Below are positions 12,802 to 24,294 of a stretch of 64,000 nt of DNA, one piece after another. Both the position numbers and the translations under genes were made by a program. Numbering within the stretch: position 1 is the stretch's first letter; each line of letters starts with the position of its first letter. The stretch covers positions 620,001 to 684,000 of the forward strand of contig OZ251247.1 in assembly GCA_965240325.2 (NCBI GenBank), written 5' to 3'. A model generated the notes under the pieces. That model had not been told where the DNA came from, searched no databases, and saw only the letters and a program-made list of their open reading frames with translations. This stretch comes from Rebecca billardiae RCC1528. Taxonomy: Eukaryota > Protista > Haptophyta.

Positions 12802-15800
12802 ATGCGTTTGGCGTGGCTGCTTCTCCCCGCCGCCGTGGCGGGTGCTGGCCCAGCGCACGCGGCATCGGCATCGGTGCCGGCTTCGCCAGCTGGGCGGAGC
12901 CCGATCGATGCTGCGCGCGAGCCTGCAGGCTCGACGTCCAACACCAAGTGCGCGCTTTGCGGGCGTCGCGGGCGGGGGCAACGCGCGTGCCGCGGCGCGT
13001 CAGTGCCTGGTCGTGAGGGGGATGGGGCGCGGCGGGGTGGGCGGGGCGCGGCGTGCGTGGAACGCATCCCGATGCGCCACAGTGCATCGTCCCTCCCGGC
13101 TGCACAGGGCTTCGGCCGGCCTCGGGCTGTCCCTGCCGACCGCCAGCCCGTGCCCGCCCGAGCACGGCTGCGCGCGCGCGCGCGCGCGCGCACAGCGCGC
13201 ATCCATGCTCGCCGAGCGCGGGGCGGCAGCTGCGAGTGCCCCCCAGTGCCGGCACCACCGGCGGTAGCTTACGCCCGCCCCCCGTCCCCCGGCGCGCGCG
13301 CGCGCGCGCGCGCGCGCGCTCGCTGTGCAGGAACCGGCGCGGGCTCGGGACCTACATTGGCAAGGGGGGCGCGGACGTTCTGGCCGCGCCGGACGCGAGG
13401 CCCGCCCTGCTCCCGACCGCGCTCGACGGCTACAAGGCCATCCGCTACCACTACGTTGGCGGTGACAAGGGCGACGACACGCTGGACGGCGGCAGCGCCG
13501 GCACGGCCGCCTTCTACGGCGACGGCCTGGACGTCGTGAACGCCGTGTACGGCGGTGGCGGCGACGACGTGATCAACGACGATGGCGCGTCGTCGGCGGG
13601 CGCCGGCCTCCTGCTCGGCACGGGTGGCAGCGTGCTCAACGTCGTGCGCGGCCAGTCGGGTGACGACACCATCAACACCGACCGTGGCGGCTCCGCTGGC
13701 GTCGGCATCGGCGGCACAGGTGGCGATGCTGTCAACATCGTGTTCGGCGGGCGCGGCGACGACGACGTCAACTACAATGGTGGTGGCGACGCTGGCGATG
13801 CGCAGCTCCACGGCCAAGGTGGCAACGTGCTCAACGTGCTTCTCGGGCGGCAGGGCGACGACGACCTCAACGACGACGGCGGCAAGGCCGGCGACGCCAC
13901 CTGGAACTCGGCCGGCGGCAGCGCCGTGAACATTGTGGCCGGCGGCGCCGGATCCGACACGATCCAGTACGACGGCGGCGACGCGGGTGACGGTTCGCAG
14001 GGCGGCACGGGCGGCAACGTGCTCAACATCCTCTCCGGCGGCCAGGGCGACGACGAGATCAACGAGTATGGCGGCGACGCGGGCGACGCGTACTCCCTCG
14101 GCACCGGCGGCAACGCGATCAACCTCATCTCCGGCGGCGACGGCGACGACGAGATCAACGCCTATGGGGGCGACGCCGGCGACGGCAAGAATGTTGCCAA
14201 CGCGGGCGGCAGCGTGCTGAACGTCGTGCTCGGCGGCGCTGGCCGCGACGGCCTGAACTACCAAGGAGGCCAGGCCGGCGACGGGGAGGCGCTCGGGGTC
14301 GGCGGCGACGCGACCAACGTGCTGGTCTCAGGCCTCGGGGACGACAACATCAACGAGTACGGTGGGAACGCCGGCAGCGGCGCAAACTTTGGGCGCGGCG
14401 GCCACGTGCGCAACGTTGCGCTCGGCGGCGACGGCTACGACAACATCAACTACTACGGTGGCAACGCGGGCTCCGGCAAGAACGTCGGCGTCGGCGGCAG
14501 CGCCTTCAACGTGCTCGACGGCGGCACCAGCGACGACCAGATTAACAAGTACGGAGGGGATGCCGGCACAGGCTCCTACCTCGGCGTCGGCGGCGACGCC
14601 GTCAATCTCATCAACGGGCTCACGGGCGACGACACGATCGCGTATTACGGAGGGAACGCCGGGGCCGGCAGCTACGGCGGCAGGGGCGGCAGCGTGACCA
14701 ACGTGATCAACGGCGGCGCTGGCGACGACAACATCGGCGTCGGCGCTGGCGACGCCGGTGACGGCTACATGGTTGGCGTCGGCGGCGACGCCGTCAACGT
14801 GGTCAACGGCGGCGCTGGCGACGACACCATCTTCAAGTACGGCGGCGACGCGGGTGACGGCTACGACACCGGCAAGGGCGGCAGCGCCGTCAACGTGATC
14901 AACGGTGGCTCTGGTGACGACGACATCGGCTATTCCGCTGGCGACGCCGGTGACGGGTACCGTGTTGGCGTCGGCGGCGACGCCGTCAACGTGGTCAACG
15001 GCGGCGCGGGCGACGACACCATCTTTGAGTCCGGCGGCGACGCGGGTGACGGGTACGACACCGGCAAGGGCGGCAGCGCCGTCAACGTGATCAACGGCGG
15101 CGCCGGCGACGACGACATCGGCAATTCCGCTGGCGACGCCGGTGACGGGTACCGTGTTGGCGTCGGCGGCGACGCCGTCAACGTGGTCAACGGCGGCGCT
15201 GGCGACGACGACATCTTCAGGTACGGCGGCGACGCGGGTGACGGCTACGACACCGGCAAGGGCGGCAGCGCCGTCAACGTGATCAACGGCGGCGCCGGCG
15301 ACGACGACATCGGCGATTCCGCTGGCGACGCCGGTGCCGGGTACCGTGTTGGCGTCGGCGGCGACGCCGTCAACGTGGTCAACGGCGGCGCGGGCGACGA
15401 CACCATCTTCAAGTCCGGCGGCGACGCGGGTGACGGGTACGACACCGGCAAGGGCGGCAGCGCCGTCAACGTGATCAATGGCGGCGCCGGCCAGGACGTC
15501 ATCTTTGACGGCGGCGGCCGCGCGGGCAGCGGCCACGATCTCGGCAAGGGCGGCAGCGTGACAAACGTCATCAGCGGAGGCGACGCTGACGACACCATTC
15601 TCCCGGACGGTGGATCTGCGGGCGCTGGCTATACCGTCGGTCGGGGCGGCAGCGTCGTCAATGTGCTCAGCGGAGGCGAGGGTGGCGACGACATCGGCAT
15701 TGGCGGGCTGAACGGCAACTACGGCAGGGACCGCGGCTTCGGCGGCAGCGCCACCAACATGGTGAGCGGTGGCGCCGGCGACGATCGCATCGCCAATGAC

Positions 15801-18263
15801 GGTGGCAACGCCGGCCGGGGCTCCGAGGGCGGCACCGGCGGCAGCGTCCGCACAGTGATCGATGGCGGCGCAGGCGACGACCAGATCTTCCAGTACGGCG
15901 GCAACGCAGGCACCGGCCGCGACGGCGGCACGGGCGGCAGCACCACCAACCTGGTCAACGGCGGTGCCGGCAACGACGCCATTCTCAGCGGTTGGGAAGG
16001 ATCTGGCCTCGGCGGCGACGGCTACACGTCCGGCATCGGCGGCTCCGCCGTCAACGTGGTCAACGCTGGCGACGGCGACGACGCGGTGCTGCGCTACGGC
16101 GGCAAGGGCGGGGCCGGGTACGATGTTGGCGTCGGCGGCAGCGTCGTCAACGTGGTCCGCGGCGGCGACGGCAACGACGAGGTGCTTACGGGTGGCGGCC
16201 TGGCTAATGGCGGCGGCTATGGCGGGCAAGGCTGGAACTCGGGCGTCGGCGGCTCCGTCCTCAACGTGGTCAGCGGCGGCCACGGCGACGACGAGGTGCT
16301 GACGGGCGGCGGATACGGAGGCTACGCCTGGAACTCGGGCGTCGGTGGCTCGGTTCTCAACGTGGTCAACGGCGGCGACGGCGACGATTCTCTGCTCAAC
16401 AGCCAAGCTGGCAGCGGTGGCGGCGCCTGGGACGATTTCGGCATTGGCGGCACCGCCCTGAACGTGGTCAACGGCGGCCGCGGCGCGGACGAGATCCTGC
16501 GCGACAGCGGCAACGGCGGCTATGGCCGTGACGGGCGCGCCTTTGGTGGCCACGCCATCAACATCGTGCACGGCGGCAGCGAGATCGACAACATCCTCTA
16601 CCAAGGCGGGAGCGGCGGCTATGGCCGAATCGGCGGCATCGGCGGCTCGGTGCTCAACGTGCTGCAAGGCGGCCGGGGCAACGACAAGGTGCTGTACGAG
16701 GGCGGCAACAGCGGCTACGCGTTCAGCGGCGGCAACGGCGGCACTGTGATCAACCTGGTCAGCGGCTACACCGGCGACGACAAGCTCATCGAACGTGGCG
16801 GCAACGCTGGCTACGGCAACAATGGCGGCGTCGGCGGGACGGCCATCAACCTGATCAGCGGCGGCGTCGGCGCCGACCAGATTGGCTACCTGGGTGGACG
16901 TGCTGGAGCTGGCACCGACGGCGGTGACGGTGGCAAGGCGATCAGCCTTGTGACCGGAGGCGCCGGCGACGACTCGATCTTCGCGTACGGCGGCAACGGC
17001 GGGGACGGCACTGCTGGCATGAACACGCGGCCCACGACTGGCGGCGACGCCATCAACTTCCTCTTCGGCGGCTCCGGGGAGGACATCATCCTCTACAGCG
17101 GCGGCAAGGGTGGTGACGGAGTGTTTGGCGGCACCGGCGGCAACGCTGTGAACGTTGTCCTCGGCGGCCGCGGCGACGACGAAGTCGCCGCGGGCGGTGG
17201 CGGCTCTGCTGGCGACACCTGGGGCGGCTCTGGCGGCTCTGGCGGCAACACGCTCAACGTCCACCTTGGCGGCGCCGGCGACGACACGCTGCACGGCGGC
17301 CATGGTGGCGTCGACGGCGCTGGCGCCGCCGGCGCCGCGCGCAACTGGCTCTTCGGCGGTCTTGGCGCGGACAAGCTCTACGGCGGCGACGACAACGACG
17401 GTGGCGCCATCAGCCGGCTCTTCGGTGCGCGCGACGATGCGCGATGCGTGCCGCGGGTCGCGCCGCGCCTCGCCTCACCGCAGGTGCCGCCGCGCCGCGC
17501 CCGGCCGGAGCGCCGCCGTCCCGCGCGCGCGTTCTCACGCGCACGCGCCTGCTCCGCACGATGGCGCGTGCGCGCCACACAGGCGGCCTGGGCGACGACA
17601 AGATCTACGGCGGCTCGGGCTTCGACTTCGTCTCGGGCGGCCTCGGCGCTGACTACGTCAACACGCAGGACGGCGAGTACGACATCATCTGGCACGACGG
17701 CAAGGACACGCTCGTGTACGACGAGGGCCTCGACTACGTCTTCTGCAACTACCGCTGCCAGGTCGCCAAGGTCGCCGCGCTCTTCCCGGTGCGCGCGGCG
17801 CAGCGCGCGCGGCGCGCGAGCGCGCGGCGCGTCGCTGCGCGCGAGCGGCCCATGCGCGCGAAGGCGATGTCTCACGCACCCCTCCCTCATCCGCCCGCGT
17901 GCCCTGCTCGCGTGGTGGCGTGCCGCGCAGACCTCGCCGCAGGGCGTCGCGTTCCGCGCCGTCGCCACCGAAGTCGCCGACAAGATCAACCGCCGCATCA
18001 GCAGCGTGCGCGAGGCCTACACCTTCCTCGCGCCCTGCCTCACGGGCGGCGAGTGCACGACCAGCGACGAGGGCTTTGGCGTCATCCACGGCGCCCGGCG
18101 TGCCCTGCGCGCCGTCGGCGGCGTGCGCTCGCCGCTTGCCGCCGCGGCGCTCCTGGGCGTTGGCATCCTCGTGGTTGCCGCCGCCATGCTCACGGCCGCC
18201 CGCCGGCGCCTGGCGTCGGCGCGTGCCGCCGCTTCCGAGGACGCGGCCACGCAGGCCGTCTGA
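12802..18263 (+). CDS. Type I membrane protein with ~40-45 Gly/Asp-rich RTX-like (hemolysin-type Ca-binding) repeats, ~1592 aa
   Basis: Exons 12802-12947, 13331-17424, 17583-17788 and 17931-18263 join in frame at GT/AG sites (4779 nt). Signal peptide MRLAWLLLPAAVAGA; ~30-aa units GGxAVNVVNGGAGDDxIxxxGGDAGDGYxxGx; C-terminal TM ALLGVGILVVAAAMLTAA followed by RRR. Confidence 0.85.
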
Positions 18264-18532
18264 GCAGTATATCGCGGACGAGCGGACGCGCGGCAGTTCA
18301 TTCATCATGTGCATCGTCATCGTCGCGTCATCATCGTGATGCTGCGCTTCAGCGCTTCTTGCTAGGGCGCGATGTCCTTGCCACTGCGATATTTCACCCG
18401 CCGTCCCGGACCCGCAGCCCCACCCTACGTCATGCATATCAAGGCTCGCGAGATAGTCGCGAGTCTGCTGAGTGCTGTAGTAGTTTAGCGTGATCGTGTC
18501 GTATATAGATTATTTTAGCAGCGCAGGTCGTT

Positions 18533-19583
18533 GGCCTGTTTTATTTCTACCAGATTCCATTTACTACAGTTTACTAAGAATAAGAGACGCACACAGCTCA
18601 GGCAGGCGAGATTGACGCCCGCCAACTGTCACCGCCCATGAAGCCGTCGCCGATGGTAGCGCCGCCGGAAAAAATCGTTCAGCCGTCCGCCTGCGAGGCC
18701 TGGATGAGGTATGTCACGGCGACAAACCCGTGCCCGCCAGTGGGAATCGGTGTCACGCCCCATTCAGTGTACCTCTCACGGCCGATGGCGGCCCCGGCGT
18801 GCGCAAGGAATGCGATTCCTGCACTCCTCGGTGGCCGGTGAGTGCAGGAATCCAGTTGCGGCGCTCGTCCGCCTCGTCGTCGTCGCACACGAGGTACACT
18901 GAAGAGCACGGGTCAGAAGCCAGATCTCTCTGCGCGCTCGCGCCCGCGCGGCAGGGCACTGGCAGGCTTGTTCTCATCATCTTGGCCAAGCCTGCAGCCT
19001 GCCAGATGCGCGAGGACGCGTGCGCATGCCTTTCCGCGCGTCATGGGTGCGCGTGGCACGCACCCTGTCGTCATCTACGCCGAGGAGGCCTGAGCAACCA
19101 GCCCAACAACCTGCTGTGACCACGTTCGCAGGCGGCAAGCTGCATGCGAGCGGCACGCAACGGAAGCATCTCACACTCGACAAGGAAGTGGCGGCGGAGC
19201 GAGTGTAGCTGTTCTCGTTTGCAGCCCATCTGTCGTTCAACAATCCTGGTTCACCAACTGACACGGGCGCGACGCAGCCAAGGCAGAGTGCTTGCAGCTC
19301 GCAGCGCGCCCGCAACTGCTGTTTGCCGCCGCGGCGCGGTGATCGTCACACCGCCGTGCGCTGCGAGTGACCTCTGTGTCATGGCGAAGCACCATGGCAA
19401 GGCTAAGCAGCATGCCTTGGCAACGCCTTTCGCTACAGCTCAGCGCCCTAGTACGAACATGCGCCAACGACGTGCCATCCCTACTCCGCAATCGCGCCGG
19501 TACCCACCACCAGCGGGCAAGCCGCCATTTTACCGCGTTTTGGCGAATGTCGCCGTTGGGCTCTCGTAGAAATAAAACAGGCC
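18533..19583. mobile_element. MITE with 18-bp perfect TIR and 4-bp TSD
   Basis: GGCCTGTTTTATTTCTAC (18533-18550) and GTAGAAATAAAACAGGCC (19566-19583). TSD CGTT at 18529-18532 and 19584-19587. Confidence 0.85.
18570..18610 (+). repeat. Dispersed ~40-bp repeat TTTACTAAGAATAAGAGACGCACACAGCTCAGGCAGGCGAG
   Basis: Identical inverted copy at about 23849-23889; degenerate copies at about 33757-33792 (+) and 57692-57720 (-). Confidence 0.8.
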
Positions 19584-20072
19584 CGTTATATTCGTCAATA
19601 TATATAATCTATATGCGGCGCACTTGTTGCCAGCCAGCATTGGCTGCATATTGGATGGGCGCGCGCTTCGGGTGCGCAGCGCATGTTGCCGTTGGCCTGC
19701 ATCATATCCATACCAAGTCACCGACCGAGCGCAACGGCCTGGGGCCGCGGCTCCACGGAGCACTCTGTGCGACAGCCCGCTGCTGCGCGCGTGGCTTGGC
19801 GCTGCAGCCCTACCACTGCCGGGGCCAGCACGCCGGCGGCCCACCCCACGGCACCCGGACCACCGGCCGCGACGCACACAGTCGTGCGGCCGCAGCGCCG
19901 GCAGCCTCGGTCGGGGTATGGCGTGGCTGGCGCGGCGCGCGGGCGCGACGCTGGTGGCAGCGACTGCGTGCGACGTCGGCGGCGGCGCGCCGGCGGCGCG
20001 CACGGCGGGCGCGGCTGTGCGCGCCGCCCGCCCGCGCGCGCGCGCGCGCCGCGCGGCCGGCCGGCTCGGGCC

Positions 20073-23000
20073 TCAGATCAGGTCGGCGACGTTCATCGGC
20101 ATCTCGTCAATCTGCGTCGAGTAGTACTGCTCGATGTCGCGCAGAATCCGAATGTCCTCCGTTTTGACGAAATTGATGGCGACGCCCTTCCGGCCGAAGC
20201 GGCCGGAGCGGCCGATGCGGTGGATGTAGAGCTCGCGGTTGTTGGGCAGGTCGTAGCAGATCACGAGCGACACCTGCTGCACGTCCAGGCCGCGCCCCCA
20301 CACGTCGGTGGTGATCAGCACGCGCGACGCGCCCGAGCGGAACTCTGCGCGCGGAGAAGGAAAAGGGAAAAGAAACACAGATGTAAAAAAGAAAAGAAAA
20401 GGCGCGACCAAAAATGCCGGAGAGAAACGAATGGGCGGCCACAACGGCCGGCGCGCGCGCGCAGCGGCACGGCGGGGCGGGATGCGCGACGGGCGTGGGC
20501 GCAGCGGGTCAGGGCTAGCACGCGCACGCGGCGCGCGCGCAACACGTGTCGCGCGGCGCGGCGCGGCGCCGCGCCGCGGCGGGCGCGGCCGCATGCGCAT
20601 TCGCACCGGCCATGATCTCGTCGCGCTCCTTCTGCGGCATGTCGCCGTGCATCGAGGAGACGGTGAAGTTGGCCGCGCGCATCTTCTCCGTCAGCCAGTC
20701 CACCTTCTTCTTCGTGTTGCAGAAGATCACCGCCTGGCCGTTACGAAAGACGTTACAAGTGTGGCGGCGGGCGAGCGCGCACGCGTTGGCGGCGCGGCGC
20801 GGCGCGGCGGCGGCGCGGCGCGGCGGGCAGGGTGAGTGCGACGCGTCCCACGCGCGGCCACGGCGGCAGCGCCGCGCGCCGCGTTCGCGCCGCGGTCGCG
20901 AGGCGGCGGTCGCGCAGTCTCGCCGCGCCACCACTGGCGGGGCGGGCGTCGCGAGGCCGCTGGGCGCACGCGGCGCGGCGCGCGTGAGTGCGCGCCCCGC
21001 GCGGGTAATTTACCCACCTGGGTAATTGTCAGTGTGTCGTAGAGGTCGCAGAGCGTGTCGAACTTCCACTCCTCGCGCTCCACCGCGACGAAGAACTGGC
21101 GCGGGCGGGCCGGCGGGCGCGGGCGCGCGCGCTCAGCCGGGGCGGCGCGCGCGCGCGCGCGCGCCCACTGCGGCACCCGAGCGCGCCCACTGCGGCACCG
21201 CGCGCGCCCACTGCGGCACCGCACCTGCTTGATGCCCTCGAGCGTGAGCTCGTCGCGCTTGACGAGGATGCGCACCTGCGCGCGCGCCGAGGCCGACGCG
21301 CCGCCGCCACCACCGCACGCCCGCCCAGCGCGGGGCAGCGCCCTCAGCAACGGCTGCAGCGTGCGCGCGCGCGCGCGTGTGCGCGCGCGCGCATGCGCGC
21401 GGCGCGCGCGCACGCCTCCTGGGCGCGCAACGCTTGGGCGCGCGCGCGCTCGGCTGCGGCTGCGGCGGGGCGGGGCGCGGTTGCGCGCACGGGGTCGGTC
21501 ATGAACTTGGTGCTCATCTCGAGGATCTCGCCCGGCATCGTCGCGGAGATCAGCACCACCTGCGCCCAGTCCGGGCAGTCCGGGCAGTCCGGTGAGTCCG
21601 GTAAGTCCGGGGGCGCGCCGGGCGCGGGCGCCACAGCGCGGCCTCTCGCGCGTCTCGCGTGCGCCGCCGCCCGCCCGCCGCGCCCCTCCGCGCCGCGCGC
21701 GGCACGGCCGACCGCCGTCCGGCCGCGGCGCCGCCCGCGCGCACAGCCACGCACAGGCGTGCGTCGCTGGCGGGACGCGGGCAGCAGCAGCGGCAGGGGC
21801 GGGCGCGCGGGCGCGGACACAGGCGCAGGCGCGCCCGCCCCTGCCGCTGCTGCTGCCCGCGTCCCGCCAGCCACGCACGCCCGTGCCACCGGCCCCTGCC
21901 ACGCAGGCGCGCGCGCAGGCACACGCCCACACACACCTGCGTCGCGGGCGGGAGGTAGCGGTAGATGTCGTAGATCTGCTCCTTGAAGCCCACGTTGAGC
22001 ATCTCGTCTGCCTCGTCGATCACGAGCATCTTGATTGCGCGCGTGCGCAGCGCGCGCCTGGTGGGGGTAGGGTTAGGGGTAGGGTTGGGGGTAGGGTTGC
22101 AGCGGGTCGTCGGCTTCAGGCCGGCAGCTCACGCTCTTACGCGCGCACACGCTACACGCACGCACGCACACACGCACGCACACACACGCACACGCACGCG
22201 CGCACACGCACACGCACGCACACGCACGCACGCACGCACACGCACGCACGCACGCACACACACGCGCACACGCGCACCTGTTGATCATGTCGAAGACGCG
22301 CCCCGGCGTGCCGCTCACCACGTGCACGCCCGCCTCGAGCCGTCGCAGGTCCTCGCCGATCGACTTGCCGCCGATGCACGCGTGGCACTGCACGGACATG
22401 AAGTCGCCCAGCGCCAGCAGCACCTGCGGTGGGGGTGAGGGTGAGGGGCAGGGTTAGGGTTAGGGTTAGGGTGCGGGGTTGAGAGTGCCGCGGACAGGGG
22501 CCGCGCCGGCGCGGGCTGGGGCCACAGCCGAGGCCCGTGTGCGCCAAGCGCGCCAAGCCGCGCGCCGCGCCGCGCGCGCCGCCGGCCGCCACCCTCACCC
22601 AACCAAACCCAACGCACGCCCCAGCCACGCCCTCCCCCATCCACCCAGCGGCCCCGCCCCGCCTTGCCCTCTGCGCCCTTCCCCCGCCCTATCCGCACAC
22701 GCGCACACACACACGCACACACACACGCGCACACGCACACGCACGCGCACACGCACGCGCGCACGCACGCGCGCGCGCGCACACACACACACACAACGCA
22801 CACACACACACACACGCACACACAACGCACACACACGCGCACACGCACACACAACGCACACACACACACACAACGCACACACACGCACACACCTTGCACG
22901 ACTGCTCCGCCAGCTCGCGCGTCGGGCTGAGCACGAGCGCCTGCACGTCACGCGCGCGCGTGTCCACGCACTGCAGCAGCCCGATGCAGAAGATCGTGGT

Positions 23001-23722
23001 CTTGCCCGTGCCGGACTGGGCCTGCGGAGGGGCGGTGGGGAGAGTGTGTGTGCGTGCGAAGGGCGTGCGCGGGGCGGTGTGAGCGGGCTGCGGCGTGGCG
23101 GCCGCAGTGTCCCGCGCGCGCACCAGCTCGGTCGCGGCGCGCCGTTGCCCCCCGCGCACGCAGCCGAGCGCGCGCGCAGCCGAGCGCGTGCGCGCGCGCT
23201 CCACGCAGCCCCGCCGCACACACGCCCACGCACGCGCAGCCCGCAGCCCGCGCCGCACACACGCAGCGCGCGCACCTGCGCGATCGTGTCCCGCCCCGCC
23301 ACGATCGGGATCAGCGCGCGCTGCTGAATGGCTGACGGCCGCTCGAAACCGTACGCGTAGATTCCGCGGAGAAGGTCCTCCTTGAGGCCCATGGAGTCGA
23401 AGGAGGAGACGACCTCGACGGTGTCCGAGACCGCGAGCTCCTTCGCGCGCTGCGCCGCGCGGCGGCACGCGGCGCGAGGCCGGCAGCCGGGGGGGATGGC
23501 GCGCGCGCGCGCGCGCGCAGCACGCCAGGGGGTCAGTCCAGGGCCGGGGCGCACGCGCGCGGCGGCGCGGCCCCGGGCGCCAGGGCGTCGGGCCGGCGCG
23601 GCGAGGCGGGGGACGAGGCGAGCCCGGGGCGGGCGCGCGCGAGCCGCCCGGCCGGTGCGCACGCCGCCCGCCGCGCCGCCGCACCGCTCGCGCACCGGTT
23701 GCCGCTGGCGTGACGACGACAT
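20073..23722 (-). CDS. EIF4A3: Eukaryotic initiation factor 4A-III (exon-junction-complex DEAD-box helicase), 10 exons
   Basis: Exons 23722-23696, 23449-23276, 23021-22893, 22423-22278, 22057-21937, 21559-21491, 21275-21225, 21095-21018, 20733-20607, 20344-20073. Motifs [45 protein letters not shown] and [13 protein letters not shown]; eIF4A3-type [22 protein letters not shown] and C-terminus [10 protein letters not shown]. Confidence 0.97.
21751..21886. repeat. 58-bp inverted repeat (hairpin) in EIF4A3 intron 5
   Basis: Arms 21751-21808 and 21829-21886 are complementary with 2 mismatches; 20-nt loop. Confidence 0.9.
22058..22892 (-). repeat. Intronic (GT/GC)n microsatellites at donor ends and CCCTAA-like repeats at acceptor ends of EIF4A3 introns 3 and 4
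   Basis: (ca/cg)n at 22141-22277 and 22695-22892; gggttagggt-type arrays at 22061-22098 and 22430-22480, immediately before the acceptor AG on the minus strand. Confidence 0.85.
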
Positions 23723-24294
23723 GCTGAGAGCGCGCGCTGGGGCAGGGCGCGCCCGCCCTCGCGTGGCCAGCCGCCCACAGCGGTAGCGCGCACCGCGCGT
23801 CCGGGCGGGCAGGAAACTTTATTATTTGCGGGATGTATTTTGCGAATACTCGCCTGCCTGAGCTGTGTGCGTCTCTTATTCTTAGTAAACTAATTCTATG
23901 ATTTAAAGACACAGGCACGAGGGCGCAGCTCTCCTGATTCGTCTGTAGTGGTACTGGTCGAAGCTTGCAGCAGGTATCGACGACGCGTGATACGACGAAT
24001 GATTTTACTTTATTCGCGAGTGAAACCAAAGATTAAGATATATTCCTTAATCCTTTGGTGATGCGAAATAGCTTTATCTATAGTAGTGGACAGTGGTACA
24101 GTGTCGACGACCGGGCACTGCCGACGACGAATCAGGAGACCGCGCCGTCCTACCTGTGTCGTTAAATCATATAGAATGAGTACAGTAGAGTCACAGCAGC
24201 AAGCTGACAGCACTCAGCAGGCGGCGACAGTCGGCGCGGGGACGGGGGAGGGCGGAGCGAGTGACACGGATGATCGTCGCGAGCGAGCCCGCAC

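Noticed and set aside
14328-17303. 991-aa antisense ORF and the many other overlapping ORFs
   Set aside because: Shadow frames caused by extreme GC content and codon bias on the coding strand.
13053-18263. The 1736-aa unspliced ORF, or a bacterial RTX toxin contaminant
   Set aside because: The ORF reads through stop-free GC-rich introns. The spliced model gives a signal peptide, continuous repeats and a TM helix, and there are no T1SS genes.
18570-23889. EIF4A3 captured in a Pack-type transposon bounded by the 41-bp inverted repeats
   Set aside because: The left copy lies inside a separate MITE, there is no TSD, and further copies occur elsewhere, so the pairing is probably coincidental.
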